Virus record (IMG/VR): IMGVR_UViG_2896262711_000007
Span: 1 to 64,000 of that record
Length of the DNA stretch: 64,000 bases
Direction: 5' to 3' (one strand)
Source of the DNA: a virus
Lineage: Duplodnaviria > Caudoviricetes
The stretch's first letter is position 1, and every line of letters starts with the position of its first letter. Position numbers and translations under genes: made by a program. Shown here piece after piece: positions 8,739 to 18,476 of the stretch. Under the pieces are notes generated by a model, which saw nothing but the letters and a program-made list of their open reading frames with translations, had not been told where the DNA came from and did not search any database.

Positions 8739-10835
8739 ATGACCGACCAACCCGCTTCCGCCCCTGCCGTGATCGAGAAGGCCGGCAGCCAAGCCGGGCT
8801 GCTGACCGAAGTCGGGCGCGGCGGCCTTCGGCATTGGGGCGGCTATGTGTATGACGACGAGGACACGAGGCTCCAGGGCCTGCAAGCCGTCCGGCAGTAC
8901 CGCAAGATGACCAAGGACCCGACGGTCGCGGCGATGCTGTTCGCTCTGACGACGCTGCTCCGGTCGGTCAACTGGCGCGTCGAGGCGACCGACGACACCC
9001 AGGAGCATAAGGACGCCCGCGATTTTGCTGAGGGCGTTCTCTTCCAGGACATGGAGCACACCTGGAACGACTTCATAGCCGACGCGGCTTCGATGCTGCC
9101 CTATGGCTTCGCCCCCTTCGAGATGGTCTACAAGAAGCGATCCGGCACCGCCAAGGGCATGGACCCGCTCAAGGGCAGCATCTACAACGACGGCCGGATC
9201 GGCCTGAAGAAGATCGCGCTCCGCCGGCAGGACACCGTCCAGCGCTGGTGGTTCGACGATGAGACGGATGACCTGCTCGGCCTCTACCAGCTCGACCCTA
9301 TGCGAGGCCGGGAAATTCAGGTTCCGATGGATCGGCTGGTGCTGCTCCGGACGACGCCGAACAGCGGCAACCCGGAAGGCAAGTCGATTCTGGAAGCGGC
9401 CATCCGGTCCTACGAGCAGCTTCGCGTGTTCGAGCACGCCGAGGCTTCCATTGCGGTCCGCGCGTCCGGCATCGTGACGCTGGGTATTCATGTGGATGCC
9501 TATAACGACCCGACCAAACTGGCGGTCTGGGAAAGGCTGGCGCAGCAGATCTCCGAGGACCGGGCCGGCTACATCGTTCTCCCGACAATCCTCAACAAAG
9601 ATGGGGAAAAAGTCGACGCCTACACGGTCAGCTACACCGTCGCCGACGGCAGGCGCACGGGCGACTTCACCCCGATCATCGCCCGGAAGAAGCAGGAGAT
9701 CACCGCCGTCGCGCTGGCGGACTTCATTTTACTCGGCCACAATAACAAAGGAGCGCTCGCGCTCAGCGTCGACAAGACGGACCTTTTCAAAGAGGCCGGT
9801 ACTGCGATCCTGGGTAGCATCAGGGACGCTGTGAACCGGATCGTCCTGCCGCGCATATGGGCGGTGAACGGCCTGCCGCGCGACACGATGCCCGCGCTTC
9901 AGCATGACGATCTCGACAACGAGAACCTTCAGGTTCTGTCCGCCTTCCTGTCCGCGATGACCGCGGCCGGCATGCAGATGGACGACACGCTGGAAGATGC
10001 GCTGCGCACGAAGGCGAACCTGCCGCTCAAGCCGCGCACGGCGGAGACGGGGCCGACAGACCAGCCGCCGCCGGGATCGCCGAGCAAGACGCCTCCGGCT
10101 AAGCCAGGACAAGCAGGCGGGGGCGATGAAGGTGACGGGCTTGCCGACGCCGCGCCGGAAGCAAGCGAGACCAAGCCGCCGGCCAAACGCTCTTCCAAGC
10201 CAGGGCAGGTCGCCAAGGCTGCGCCCGAAGACATCGAGACGCTTGGCCGGATGTTGCCGGACGATCCGGCATATCGGGAAGCGCTGGCGGTGCTGGCCGG
10301 CGGGCCGATCCCCGGCGGCATCGACGCTGAAGAAGGAGGCGCGCCCGCGGCTGGGCCCGGCCCTTTTCATCAGGCGCTGACGAAGCATAACCGCTACCAT
10401 GACGCCCGCGGCCGGTTTACGTTCGGGCCAGAAAATGGCGGCGGGAACGGCGACAGCGTGAAGGACTTCCTCGAATCTGATGCGTCCGGGCTGGTCGTGG
10501 TTGCCACGCTACCAGCCGACATCCAGGCTCATCTGGGGGCCAAAACGACCCGCGTGTTCCTCTCCTCGGACACCAGGGACAGTCACAAGAAGCACAAGTG
10601 GACCAGCGAGGATTTCGCTCTTCTCCAAGATCTTCTCGATCACGGGGAGGTCCGAACCGACCGAGACAACCATGTTGTGGTCGCGCACATCGACGGGATC
10701 TGGCGCTGCGCAGTGATCAAGGTGACGGGAGATCGGAAGGAGGTCTACCTGTCGTCCTTCCACCGCATGCGAGCGAAGCAGGTCTACGACTTCCCCAACA
10801 AGGGTAGTCTGATCCGAGCGGGACGGAAGGTTTGA
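8739..10835 (+). CDS. Portal protein (DUF935/Mu gp29-like) with C-terminal PBECR-like nuclease domain
   Basis: Follows terL; YRKM..DPTVAAML, NPEGKSIL, ADFILLGH, GALALS.DK; Pro/Ala linker, then HNRYHDARGRF and a ~120-aa domain ending VIKVTGDRKEVYLSSFHR. Confidence 0.85.
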   Translation: MTDQPASAPAVIEKAGSQAGLLTEVGRGGLRHWGGYVYDDEDTRLQGLQAVRQYRKMTKDPTVAAMLFALTTLLRSVNWRVEATDDTQEHKDARDFAEGVLFQDMEHTWNDFIADAASMLPYGFAPFEMVYKKRSGTAKGMDPLKGSIYNDGRIGLKKIALRRQDTVQRWWFDDETDDLLGLYQLDPMRGREIQVPMDRLVLLRTTPNSGNPEGKSILEAAIRSYEQLRVFEHAEASIAVRASGIVTLGIHVDAYNDPTKLAVWERLAQQISEDRAGYIVLPTILNKDGEKVDAYTVSYTVADGRRTGDFTPIIARKKQEITAVALADFILLGHNNKGALALSVDKTDLFKEAGTAILGSIRDAVNRIVLPRIWAVNGLPRDTMPALQHDDLDNENLQVLSAFLSAMTAAGMQMDDTLEDALRTKANLPLKPRTAETGPTDQPPPGSPSKTPPAKPGQAGGGDEGDGLADAAPEASETKPPAKRSSKPGQVAKAAPEDIETLGRMLPDDPAYREALAVLAGGPIPGGIDAEEGGAPAAGPGPFHQALTKHNRYHDARGRFTFGPENGGGNGDSVKDFLESDASGLVVVATLPADIQAHLGAKTTRVFLSSDTRDSHKKHKWTSEDFALLQDLLDHGEVRTDRDNHVVVAHIDGIWRCAVIKVTGDRKEVYLSSFHRMRAKQVYDFPNKGSLIRAGRKV

Positions 10836-10912
10836 GGGCGTTGGCCTGGGAGCGAAGCACCCCAGCGGACCCGAAGGCTACCCGGCATCGCAGCAATTTT
10901 CACCAACGCCCT
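10835..10912 (+). ncRNA. Candidate structured RNA directly downstream of the PBECR domain
   Basis: Perfect 10-bp closing stem AGGGCGTTGG (10835-44)/CCAACGCCCT (10903-12) enclosing CTGGG/CCCAG and CGG/CCG hairpins; no U-tract. Confidence 0.45.
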
Positions 10913-11178
10913 GTCGAGAATAATAGCGCCTGCGCTCCCTGAATTCAAGCCAAGGCGTCAGCATTCCCCACCGCCTGTCAAGCAGATTCCGGAGGGTAGA
11001 TGTTCCCACATCAGGATGGCGCCGAATCGGATCAGGGCGGCAACCGACCCACTAAATGTAGTTTTAGGAATGGGGTGTCGGAACGGGATCTTGGTCAACG
11101 CCTTGAGGAATCTGGTTCACAGAATTTCCATAAGGGCGCTTATGTGTTTTTGAGCGGATTCCATACCCGCTACCCTGA

Positions 11179-11457
11179 ATGAAGTCCGCGCGGCCATTCC
11201 AGCAGAGCGACGCCAAGACGACGAAATCGAGCAAACCGATTCGCCGCTCGAACTGCCTCGCCGTCGCTCTGGCAGCGTGGTGGCGCGATCCGCAAGGCGT
11301 CCGCATCAGCGTCACGCGTTCCGACTTCGGCGGCCCGCACGTCTATTGGACGGACCGCTCCGGCCGGTCCTGGCACTGGCAGGCCGCTGACAAGGCCCTG
11401 CCGCTCAGGCGGACGCTCCGGTTCGAAGGCCGGATCGCCCGGTACCTGCCGCGATAG
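11179..11457 (+). CDS. Small phage hypothetical protein
   Basis: 92-aa ORF with SNCL..A...WW and GPHVYW motifs; ends just before the MTase RBS. Confidence 0.45.
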   Translation: MKSARPFQQSDAKTTKSSKPIRRSNCLAVALAAWWRDPQGVRISVTRSDFGGPHVYWTDRSGRSWHWQAADKALPLRRTLRFEGRIARYLPR

Positions 11458-11499
11458 TCGAGTAGCCACCCCCCTCGCACCAGCCCTTCTGAGGCAGCC

Positions 11500-12723
11500 A
11501 TGTACAACGTCTTCACCGGCGACGTCCTGGACGTCCTGCCGACGATCCCTGATGCCTCCGTCGACGCGGTGCTGTGCGACCCGCCTTACGGGTTGAGCGA
11601 TCATCGGCACCGGGACGTGATCGCTTGCCTGACAGCGTGGCTGGCAGGGCAGCCGTATCGGCCGCGCAAGCGGGGTTTCATGGGCCGCGGCTGGGACGGC
11701 TGGGTGCCCGGTCCCGAGTGCTGGAGCGAAGTCCTCCGCGCTCTGAGGCCCGGCGGTCACGCGCTAGTGTTTGCTGGCACGCGGTCCATGGACTTGATGG
11801 TAGTGGCATTGCGGTTGGCGGGCTTTGAAATCCGCGAGTGCATCCGGTCGCTGAATGGGTCGGACCATTATCCAGCCTGGGTCTATGGCGGCGGACTGGC
11901 GAAGCATGAGGCGCAGATCAGGCCGGGATGGGAGCCTGTCATCATCGCACGCAAGCCGCTGGACGGTACGTTGGCGGGCAACATCGCCAAACACGGCACC
12001 GGAGGGCTGAACATCGAAGGGTGCCGCATCGCCCGCGGCGGCGATAAGGGTCAGCACCCGATCAACGTCATTCACGACGGGTCGGACGAAGTGGCAGCCG
12101 AGTTCGCCGCGCTGCCTGACACCAGCAGGCCTTGCGAGAAGCGTTCGAAGGGTGAGGATGACCGTAGGCCGGGAGGCACAGGGGTTGTCTATTCTGGTGG
12201 CTGGGGAGAGCGCCGCCGCAACCAAATCGAGAGCCATTATGATGACGCCGGGACCGCCGCCCGCTTCTTCTACGCCGCGAAGGCATCGGGACGTGATCGC
12301 TGGCTCTACTGCCGCATCTGCGGCACTGCCCATCCCAAGCGGGAGATCGGCGCACACGAGCACGGCCGGGATGACGCCGAACACATCGTCATGCACCCCA
12401 CTGTCAAGCCCACCAGCCTGACGGAATACCTCGCGCGCCTGGTCATGCCCATTGGCGTCAACCGTCCGCGCCGCATCTTGGTGCCCTTCGCCGGCAGCGG
12501 GTCGGAGATGGTGGGCGCCCTGCGCGCCGGCTGGGAGGAAGTGATCGGGATCGAGATGGACCCGGACTATGTAGCCATCGCCGCCGGACGCTGCGAGGTG
12601 GCAAAGGTGGAGCCGCTGCCGCTGAAGAAGGCCGGTAAGAGCAAACGCAAGGCAGACACCACGCCAGCCACGGCCCCTGAGACGCCCGTCGCCCCTGACT
12701 TGTTCTCGACGGCTGCCGAGTAA
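11500..12723 (+). CDS. DNA N6-adenine/N4-cytosine methyltransferase (beta class)
   Basis: CDPPY, HPTVKP, PFAGSGS, GIEMD; GAGG RBS. Confidence 0.92.
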   Translation: MYNVFTGDVLDVLPTIPDASVDAVLCDPPYGLSDHRHRDVIACLTAWLAGQPYRPRKRGFMGRGWDGWVPGPECWSEVLRALRPGGHALVFAGTRSMDLMVVALRLAGFEIRECIRSLNGSDHYPAWVYGGGLAKHEAQIRPGWEPVIIARKPLDGTLAGNIAKHGTGGLNIEGCRIARGGDKGQHPINVIHDGSDEVAAEFAALPDTSRPCEKRSKGEDDRRPGGTGVVYSGGWGERRRNQIESHYDDAGTAARFFYAAKASGRDRWLYCRICGTAHPKREIGAHEHGRDDAEHIVMHPTVKPTSLTEYLARLVMPIGVNRPRRILVPFAGSGSEMVGALRAGWEEVIGIEMDPDYVAIAAGRCEVAKVEPLPLKKAGKSKRKADTTPATAPETPVAPDLFSTAAE

Positions 12724-12728
12724 CGACA

Positions 12729-13832
12729 ATGCCCCTGCCCCACGACTACCTCAACCGCATCGCCGCCCGGCTTGGCCCCGGCATGCGAGAGGCGTTCCTA
12801 CGGTCGGTCGAAGGCCTCCGCGCCGGCGCCGATCCGGAGCGCATCGCCGCGCTGCTGGAAGCCAGCGATGTCGATGGGGTGATCGAGGTGCTGGGGCTGC
12901 GCGACCCGGCATGGCTGAACCGCTTCCGGGTGGCGGTGGCAGAGGTTTTCGTCGCAGGCGGCAAGGAGACCCACGCCGGCCTCGCCCAGGTCATTGCTGA
13001 CGCCATCGCCGAAGACGCCCTCCCCGCGGCGGCGGAGAACCGGATCGCGGTGGCCTTCGGCGTCCGCAACCTGCCGGCGGAGAAGGCGCTGCGGGATTAC
13101 GACCTGTCCCTGATCCGCGAGATCGACGACAACACGGTGGAAGGCATCCGCGCCGCTCTGACCCGCGGGATGGAGACCGGTCGGAACCCGCGTCAGGTGG
13201 CGCTGGACCTCTGCGGCCGCATCGGCGCTGACGGTCTGCGAGAAGGAGGCATCCTCGCGCTGACCGCCATCCAGGCCGGCCATGTCGAGAACGCCCGCAC
13301 CGAGCTGGCTTCCGCCGATCCGGCGATGCTCCGCCGCTTCCTCGGGCGTGAACTCCGGGACCGTCGGTATGACGCCGCGGTGCTGCGCGCCATCAACGCC
13401 GGTACCGCGCTCCCCGACGCGGTGCAGGAGAAGGTTGGCAACGCCTACGCCAACGCCTTCCTCCGGTACCGGGCGGAGACGGTGGCGCGAACGGAAGCAC
13501 TGCGGGCGGCATCGGTCGGGCAGGAAGCCGCGCTGCGGAACGCCGTCGCCACCGGTGCGCTGGAGGCAGGAAGCATCCGGTCCTTCTGGATCGACACGGA
13601 CGATGACCGCACCAGGCCGGCGCACCGGGAAATCCCCGGCATGAACCCGGACGGCCGGGTGCTGGGGGAGCCCTTCGACACGCCGCTTGGGCCGATGCTC
13701 TACCCGCGCGACCCGGCCGGCACCGCGGAGAACGTCATAGGGTGCCGGTGCTGGCGACAGGTCAGGATCGGCGGCAACGGGAACAAGTGGCTCGGCATGC
13801 TGGACGAGCCGCGGCCGGATCCGCCGGAGTAA
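12729..13832 (+). CDS. Minor head morphogenesis protein (MuF/gp7 family)
   Basis: RAETVARTE, W..T.DDRTRPAH, YPRDP...NVIGCRC. Confidence 0.9.
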   Translation: MPLPHDYLNRIAARLGPGMREAFLRSVEGLRAGADPERIAALLEASDVDGVIEVLGLRDPAWLNRFRVAVAEVFVAGGKETHAGLAQVIADAIAEDALPAAAENRIAVAFGVRNLPAEKALRDYDLSLIREIDDNTVEGIRAALTRGMETGRNPRQVALDLCGRIGADGLREGGILALTAIQAGHVENARTELASADPAMLRRFLGRELRDRRYDAAVLRAINAGTALPDAVQEKVGNAYANAFLRYRAETVARTEALRAASVGQEAALRNAVATGALEAGSIRSFWIDTDDDRTRPAHREIPGMNPDGRVLGEPFDTPLGPMLYPRDPAGTAENVIGCRCWRQVRIGGNGNKWLGMLDEPRPDPPE

Positions 13833-13844
13833 AGCCCCCGGCCG

Positions 13845-14036
13845 CTACTTCTTCCTGATCGCGCTCAGCAGCAGCCCCGCGGTGATCGTGTAGATCGTCT
13901 CCGCCGCCGCCCGCATCGCCGTGCGGGCAGCCACCGTCTCACAACGGTCCGCCTCAAGGCCGAGTTCATCGGCAATCGAAATCAGCCGCTCGTGCGCGTC
14001 CTGGTCGGTGATCGGGGCGGGTGGTGTCTCGTCCAT
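13845..14036 (-). CDS. Small hypothetical protein
   Basis: ATG ORF with helical composition, convergent on MuF. Confidence 0.4.
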   Translation of the reverse strand: MDETPPAPITDQDAHERLISIADELGLEADRCETVAARTAMRAAAETIYTITAGLLLSAIRKK

Positions 14037-14116
14037 GCCCGGCACCGTAGCACGTCGCCGCCTTGCGTCATCGCCCAATCGGCTCCCGCATTTTCCACTC
14101 TGGACGGATTTCCGCC

Positions 14117-14353
14117 ATGCACACTCCCGGCAAATTCACCGAGAACGACCGGCTCAATCTCGAACTGGAGATGGATCATGCCCGGCTGGCCAGCCTGACG
14201 GATGAACAGCTGTTGGGGACGACGCGATCTGTGCCCGGCATCAAGCATCCGGTGACGGTTCTCAGCGCCACCCTGAGCCGCGTCAGCGCCAAGATTCGCG
14301 CCAGCAGCGGCGCCTTTCTCCCGCACGCTACCTTCGCCGAGGACACGCACTGA
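14117..14353 (+). CDS. Small hypothetical protein
   Basis: ATG ORF with phage-like codon usage filling the gap before 14412. Confidence 0.4.
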   Translation: MHTPGKFTENDRLNLELEMDHARLASLTDEQLLGTTRSVPGIKHPVTVLSATLSRVSAKIRASSGAFLPHATFAEDTH

Positions 14354-14411
14354 CCGGTGCGCCCGGTCGGCCATTTCCCCTTTCCCACCCTCACCGACAT
14401 GAGGCCCCGCC

Positions 14412-15956
14412 ATGTTCAACATCACCGCCACCGGCGGCGATTCCCGCACGCTCGTTATCACCGACACGGAGACGGGCGCCGTTGTGCGCGATCCGATGCT
14501 CCAGAAGCTGACCGTCCAATTCCAATCCGACGGCCAGATCGTCGCGACCGGCCATATCGCGGTCTTCGCCCCCGATCTGGAGGCCGACCGCATGGACTGG
14601 GTGACGCTCCACCCGATCACCCGCCGGAGCGAGGCGCTGGCCGCGCTGGAGTTCCGGGACGGTGCCCGCATCGAATTCGCGGCCAACGGCGCGGCGGAGG
14701 TGAAGCCCGCGCCGTCCCCGGCGAAGGAAAAGCCCAGTTGCGACCTGTCGCGCGTCACGGCGCTGCTGACCAGCGACGCGTCGAGCGCCACCAAGACCAT
14801 CGCCGCGCTGGCGCGTGCGCAGCTCGCCGAAGGCCGCACCATCGTGGTGCTGGGAGGTCAGTCCGACAGCTACCGGATGGGCCGGCTGCTCGGCCTGGAG
14901 AACAACCGGTCGATCACGATCTTCGGCGGCTACAACGTGGACCACACCACCGCGCACGAGCAGATGTCCTTCGACGCGCTGCTGGTCGACAACGCCGCCG
15001 CCTTCAGCGTTCCGGACTTCCGCAAGCTGGTCGACTGGGCCACGCGCTGCGGCGCATCCCGGATCTTCGCGGTCAACCCGCCGGCCAAGCCGGAGAAGGT
15101 GACGGTCGCGCTGGAGGCGGTCTTCGATGCCCGCGCCATGCTGCACGCGGTCGCCAAGTCCATGTTCGGAGACGATGTCCCGGCGCCGGCGGACGATGTC
15201 TCGACCACCGAGATGACCGAGGCCATCGCCTTCCATCTGCGGCTGATGGCGACGCCAATCGACCCGCTGATGTTGGGGGCGCTGAGCATCAATGAACCAT
15301 TACTTGCCAATGGAACCGGCAAGGTAATACCGCCCGCCAATTTCTGGACGGTGATCCGGCCAGCGGCGGTGGCGCGGGATGCTCCGCTGGCGAAGGCGGT
15401 GACCACGGCCGAGGCCGGGTGGTCCAGAACGAATGCGCCAGTTGCCGACACGACCTTGCTGCCGGGCGGTCCGGATGCGTCGGTGCTGGTCTCATGCGTT
15501 GAAGGGGTCGCACAAAGCGGACGCGGCTTTATGGTTCTGAACGACCGGATGCAGGCCGCATGGTATGAGCGGAAATATCCCAACGCGCTGGATCTCGTCC
15601 TGGATGCGGCCAAGGCCGAGATGTGGAGCCGAAAGTCGAGCCTGTCCGGCGTCGACATGCCAGCTACCGGCCGCTGGGTCCGCATCGAGCGCTGTGGCAA
15701 GTTCTTTTCAGTCAGCACCAACCTGACCTCTGACGGAACATCCTGCGGCGTTCTCCCGACCGCACATTTCCAGAGCGTTCGTGATTTCGTCACCCAACAC
15801 CTGACGGGCGAGCAGCTGACCGGAGAAGCCTGGGTGGGGACCGCCAACACTGCCAGCGCCGCTGCGATCCCCATCGGCCCCGCCACTGGTCCGGCGGTGG
15901 CGGGCGTTTCCGTCGCCGGTGCGGCGGGCCCGACCCTCTCCGCCGTCAGCGCCTGA
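14412..15956 (+). CDS. Hypothetical multidomain head-region protein
   Basis: 514 aa, GAGG RBS, GC3-rich; VAKS and LAKA motifs. Confidence 0.7.
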   Translation: MFNITATGGDSRTLVITDTETGAVVRDPMLQKLTVQFQSDGQIVATGHIAVFAPDLEADRMDWVTLHPITRRSEALAALEFRDGARIEFAANGAAEVKPAPSPAKEKPSCDLSRVTALLTSDASSATKTIAALARAQLAEGRTIVVLGGQSDSYRMGRLLGLENNRSITIFGGYNVDHTTAHEQMSFDALLVDNAAAFSVPDFRKLVDWATRCGASRIFAVNPPAKPEKVTVALEAVFDARAMLHAVAKSMFGDDVPAPADDVSTTEMTEAIAFHLRLMATPIDPLMLGALSINEPLLANGTGKVIPPANFWTVIRPAAVARDAPLAKAVTTAEAGWSRTNAPVADTTLLPGGPDASVLVSCVEGVAQSGRGFMVLNDRMQAAWYERKYPNALDLVLDAAKAEMWSRKSSLSGVDMPATGRWVRIERCGKFFSVSTNLTSDGTSCGVLPTAHFQSVRDFVTQHLTGEQLTGEAWVGTANTASAAAIPIGPATGPAVAGVSVAGAAGPTLSAVSA

Positions 15957-15970
15957 CGGGAGGACAGACC

Positions 15971-16498
15971 ATGGCCCTGATCGTTGAGGACGGCTCCCTT
16001 CCCGCCGGGGCCAACGCCGCGGTGACGGTGGCGGAGGTCGACACTTTCGCCGCCGACAACACGATGACCGAAGGGGTGGCGGACTGGGCGGGCGCCACGG
16101 CCCCGTCGAAGGAAGCCGCCATCCGGCAGGCGACCCGCTACCTCGCCGGCTTGCACTGGCGGGGTGCTGCCCGCGGGCGCCTCGCCTTCCCGCGGTCCGG
16201 CTGCTCGGAACTGAATGGCCCTGCCATCGGCGACACCGAGATCCCTTGGCGGTACCAGGAAGCGGCGTGCCTGCTGGCGCTCAAGGCGCTGGCCGGTCCG
16301 CTGCTGGAGGACACCGCTACCGGCATCCACAGTGTGAAGGCCGGCCCGGTGGATGTCGAGTTCGAACCCGGCCAGAGCGTCAGTACTGAATTCACCGAGG
16401 CGATGTCGCTGCTGCGCCCTCTTCTTCAGTCCGGCACCGACTTGGCGACCGCGCCGATCTTCGGCCGGCCGGCGCCTCTTCCTCCCGACGTCTTCTGA
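15971..16498 (+). CDS. DnaT-like head-tail adaptor protein
   Basis: MALIVEDGS..GANA.VT, KEAAIRQAT.YL, LAFPR, IP..YQEAACLLA, KAGPVDVEF. Confidence 0.8.
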   Translation: MALIVEDGSLPAGANAAVTVAEVDTFAADNTMTEGVADWAGATAPSKEAAIRQATRYLAGLHWRGAARGRLAFPRSGCSELNGPAIGDTEIPWRYQEAACLLALKALAGPLLEDTATGIHSVKAGPVDVEFEPGQSVSTEFTEAMSLLRPLLQSGTDLATAPIFGRPAPLPPDVF

Positions 16499-16516
16499 AC
16501 CCGGAGCCGCTACCAG

Positions 16517-18013
16517 ATGGCCGATTCCTTCCTCGACGTGCTGAAGAGGTCGGGGGCCTCTTTCGCTGCCACGTCAACATCCCCTACCCCGCTGACCTTC
16601 GGCGCTGCGCTGTTGGCCAAGGGCCACTTTCGGCACGACGACGGCAAGTTCCGCGTCGGCAAGCCGGTACCGCTCGCTGACCTCTCCGACCTGGAAGCAG
16701 GTGTGCCGGCCGATGACCCAGGCCTGCTCGATGCGGTGGCGAAATACACCGCCGGGGAGACGCCGCCGCCCATCGATGTTGCGGTCGACCCCGACGGCAA
16801 CCGGGTGCTGATCCGCGGCAAGAAGCGGCTGGCCGCCGCCCGCGCCACAGGGCAGGAGACGATCCCGGTGCGCTTCACCCAGGTAGCGGAGCCGTTCGGC
16901 AAGGCGGGCAACAGCGCTGCTGCTCACGCGGTGTCGGCACGCGCCCTCCAACCGATCGACGACAAGACCAGCTACCCGCCCTTCCCCTACGACCAGACGG
17001 TGTTCGCCCGGTTGCGGCCGGATCAGGTGCCGCGGTTCCTGGGCGTGCTGACCGATCCCGAGCGCTGGCCGCTCCAGACGGTGAAGCTGTCCGACCTGCT
17101 GGCGATGCAGAACCGCGTCGACACCACCAAGGTCCAGGCCAAGGTGGAGAACGGTGGGGGTGGGCACGAGCCCATCGTCGTCGCGCTGGAACCCGGCCGG
17201 CTGCACATCGCGGATGGGCACCATGATCTCACGGCGGCGTGGCTGCGCGGGGAGGACGAGAAGGCCGTGCGCTTCGCCGATCTGACGCCCGTCACCAACG
17301 TGCTGAAGGCGGACATGCCGGTGGCGGCCGGCACGAAGGTGCGGGTGAAGCCGGAACATCGCGCCGACAACTGGTTCCTGGAGCGCGTTGGCGATGCCAT
17401 CGGCGAGGTGATTGCCTCCTGGGTGGTGACGGAGGGCGACAATGCCGGCGTTACGGCGCTGGCCGTCGAGTGGCTGGCGCCCGGCATCAGCGGCATGTAC
17501 CGCGGGCTCGATGCAGCGAAGGTGGATGTGGTGTCAGCACCAGAGGGCGCTGGCGAAGGCGTCGCGAAGGGCGGAACGGCCACCCCTGCGTTCACCCTCG
17601 ACGCCAAGATCTGCAAGGTCGACGACGACCAGCGGCTGGTCTTCGGCTGGTTCAGCATCGTCGAGATCGACGGCGAGGCGGTCACCGACCGGGAGGGCGA
17701 CCGCGTCGCTCCGGCGGAGCTGGAGAAGGCGGCCTACGGCCATGTGCTCGACGCCCGCGTGGCGTCCGACACCCACATCCTGATCGGCGTCGGCAACCTC
17801 GTGGAGTCCTGCATTTTCACCGTGGAGAAGCAGCAGGCGATGTTGGCATCTCTGCAAGCCATGGGCATCCCGGCGGTGCTGGACCTCCATTGCATCGGCT
17901 GGTGGGGTGGCTACTTCATCACCGACGACAGGGTCTGGGCCGAGATCAAGGCCGGCAACTACGTCAGCTTCAGCATCGGCGGCAACGGCACGCGAACGCA
18001 GGCCACCATTTAG
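16517..18013 (+). CDS. XkdF-like prohead serine protease with two N-terminal ParB-like domains
   Basis: C-terminal KVDDDQRLVFGW, DREGD, H, VES, GWWGG, W.EIKAG..VSFSIGG; N-terminal PPIDV..VLIRGKKRLAAA and PIVV..IADGHHDLTAA. Confidence 0.8.
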   Translation: MADSFLDVLKRSGASFAATSTSPTPLTFGAALLAKGHFRHDDGKFRVGKPVPLADLSDLEAGVPADDPGLLDAVAKYTAGETPPPIDVAVDPDGNRVLIRGKKRLAAARATGQETIPVRFTQVAEPFGKAGNSAAAHAVSARALQPIDDKTSYPPFPYDQTVFARLRPDQVPRFLGVLTDPERWPLQTVKLSDLLAMQNRVDTTKVQAKVENGGGGHEPIVVALEPGRLHIADGHHDLTAAWLRGEDEKAVRFADLTPVTNVLKADMPVAAGTKVRVKPEHRADNWFLERVGDAIGEVIASWVVTEGDNAGVTALAVEWLAPGISGMYRGLDAAKVDVVSAPEGAGEGVAKGGTATPAFTLDAKICKVDDDQRLVFGWFSIVEIDGEAVTDREGDRVAPAELEKAAYGHVLDARVASDTHILIGVGNLVESCIFTVEKQQAMLASLQAMGIPAVLDLHCIGWWGGYFITDDRVWAEIKAGNYVSFSIGGNGTRTQATI

Positions 18014-18021
18014 CTTATTCC

Positions 18022-18306
18022 TCAGTCACCGAGCTTTGCACAAGACGGCTTCAAGTAATTGATATCCGAGTCTGGCTGCCTGCATATGGCTAGCAAGCCA
18101 TGATTATCCAATATGAACGTCATTCCGCGATAATTTCCAGCGTTCGGTATCACTTGTATTACTTTGTAGCCGTTTACAAGAAACTGACGCATAGGTTGCT
18201 CATCCTTTACAAACCCTGTGGGCCAAGCTTCTTCTTTGCTCTGCGCATAAGCACCATGTGCAGTAAGAAAACCGAAGCACATCGCCAAAACAAAAATACG
18301 CATCAT
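18022..18306 (-). CDS. AT-rich moron, exported protein with signal peptide
   Basis: MMRIFVLAMCFGFLTAHGAYA signal peptide; GAGG RBS; low GC; antisense to the late operon. Confidence 0.6.
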   Translation of the reverse strand: MMRIFVLAMCFGFLTAHGAYAQSKEEAWPTGFVKDEQPMRQFLVNGYKVIQVIPNAGNYRGMTFILDNHGLLAICRQPDSDINYLKPSCAKLGD

Positions 18307-18476
18307 AACCTCGTGTGACGTTATATTCACGCTAAGCGTGTGTGCGCTGTCGTATATCATCCACACACGGCAAATCCAGCGAATTGATGGCCATAAGAAG
18401 GCCAGAAAAGAACGCATCACAGCTGATGCGACAATTCGACGCCAACCCTGTGCTCAAAATCCTGCGAGGCCCGCCG

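Noticed and set aside
11000-11182. 60-aa ORF as immunity protein for the portal toxin
   Set aside because: It has a GGAGG RBS but starts 165 bp downstream and has no protein-like features I can recognise; not supportable, though not excluded
3311-12723. Restriction-modification system
   Set aside because: Two MTase-family genes but no recognisable cognate endonuclease; they are orphan phage enzymes
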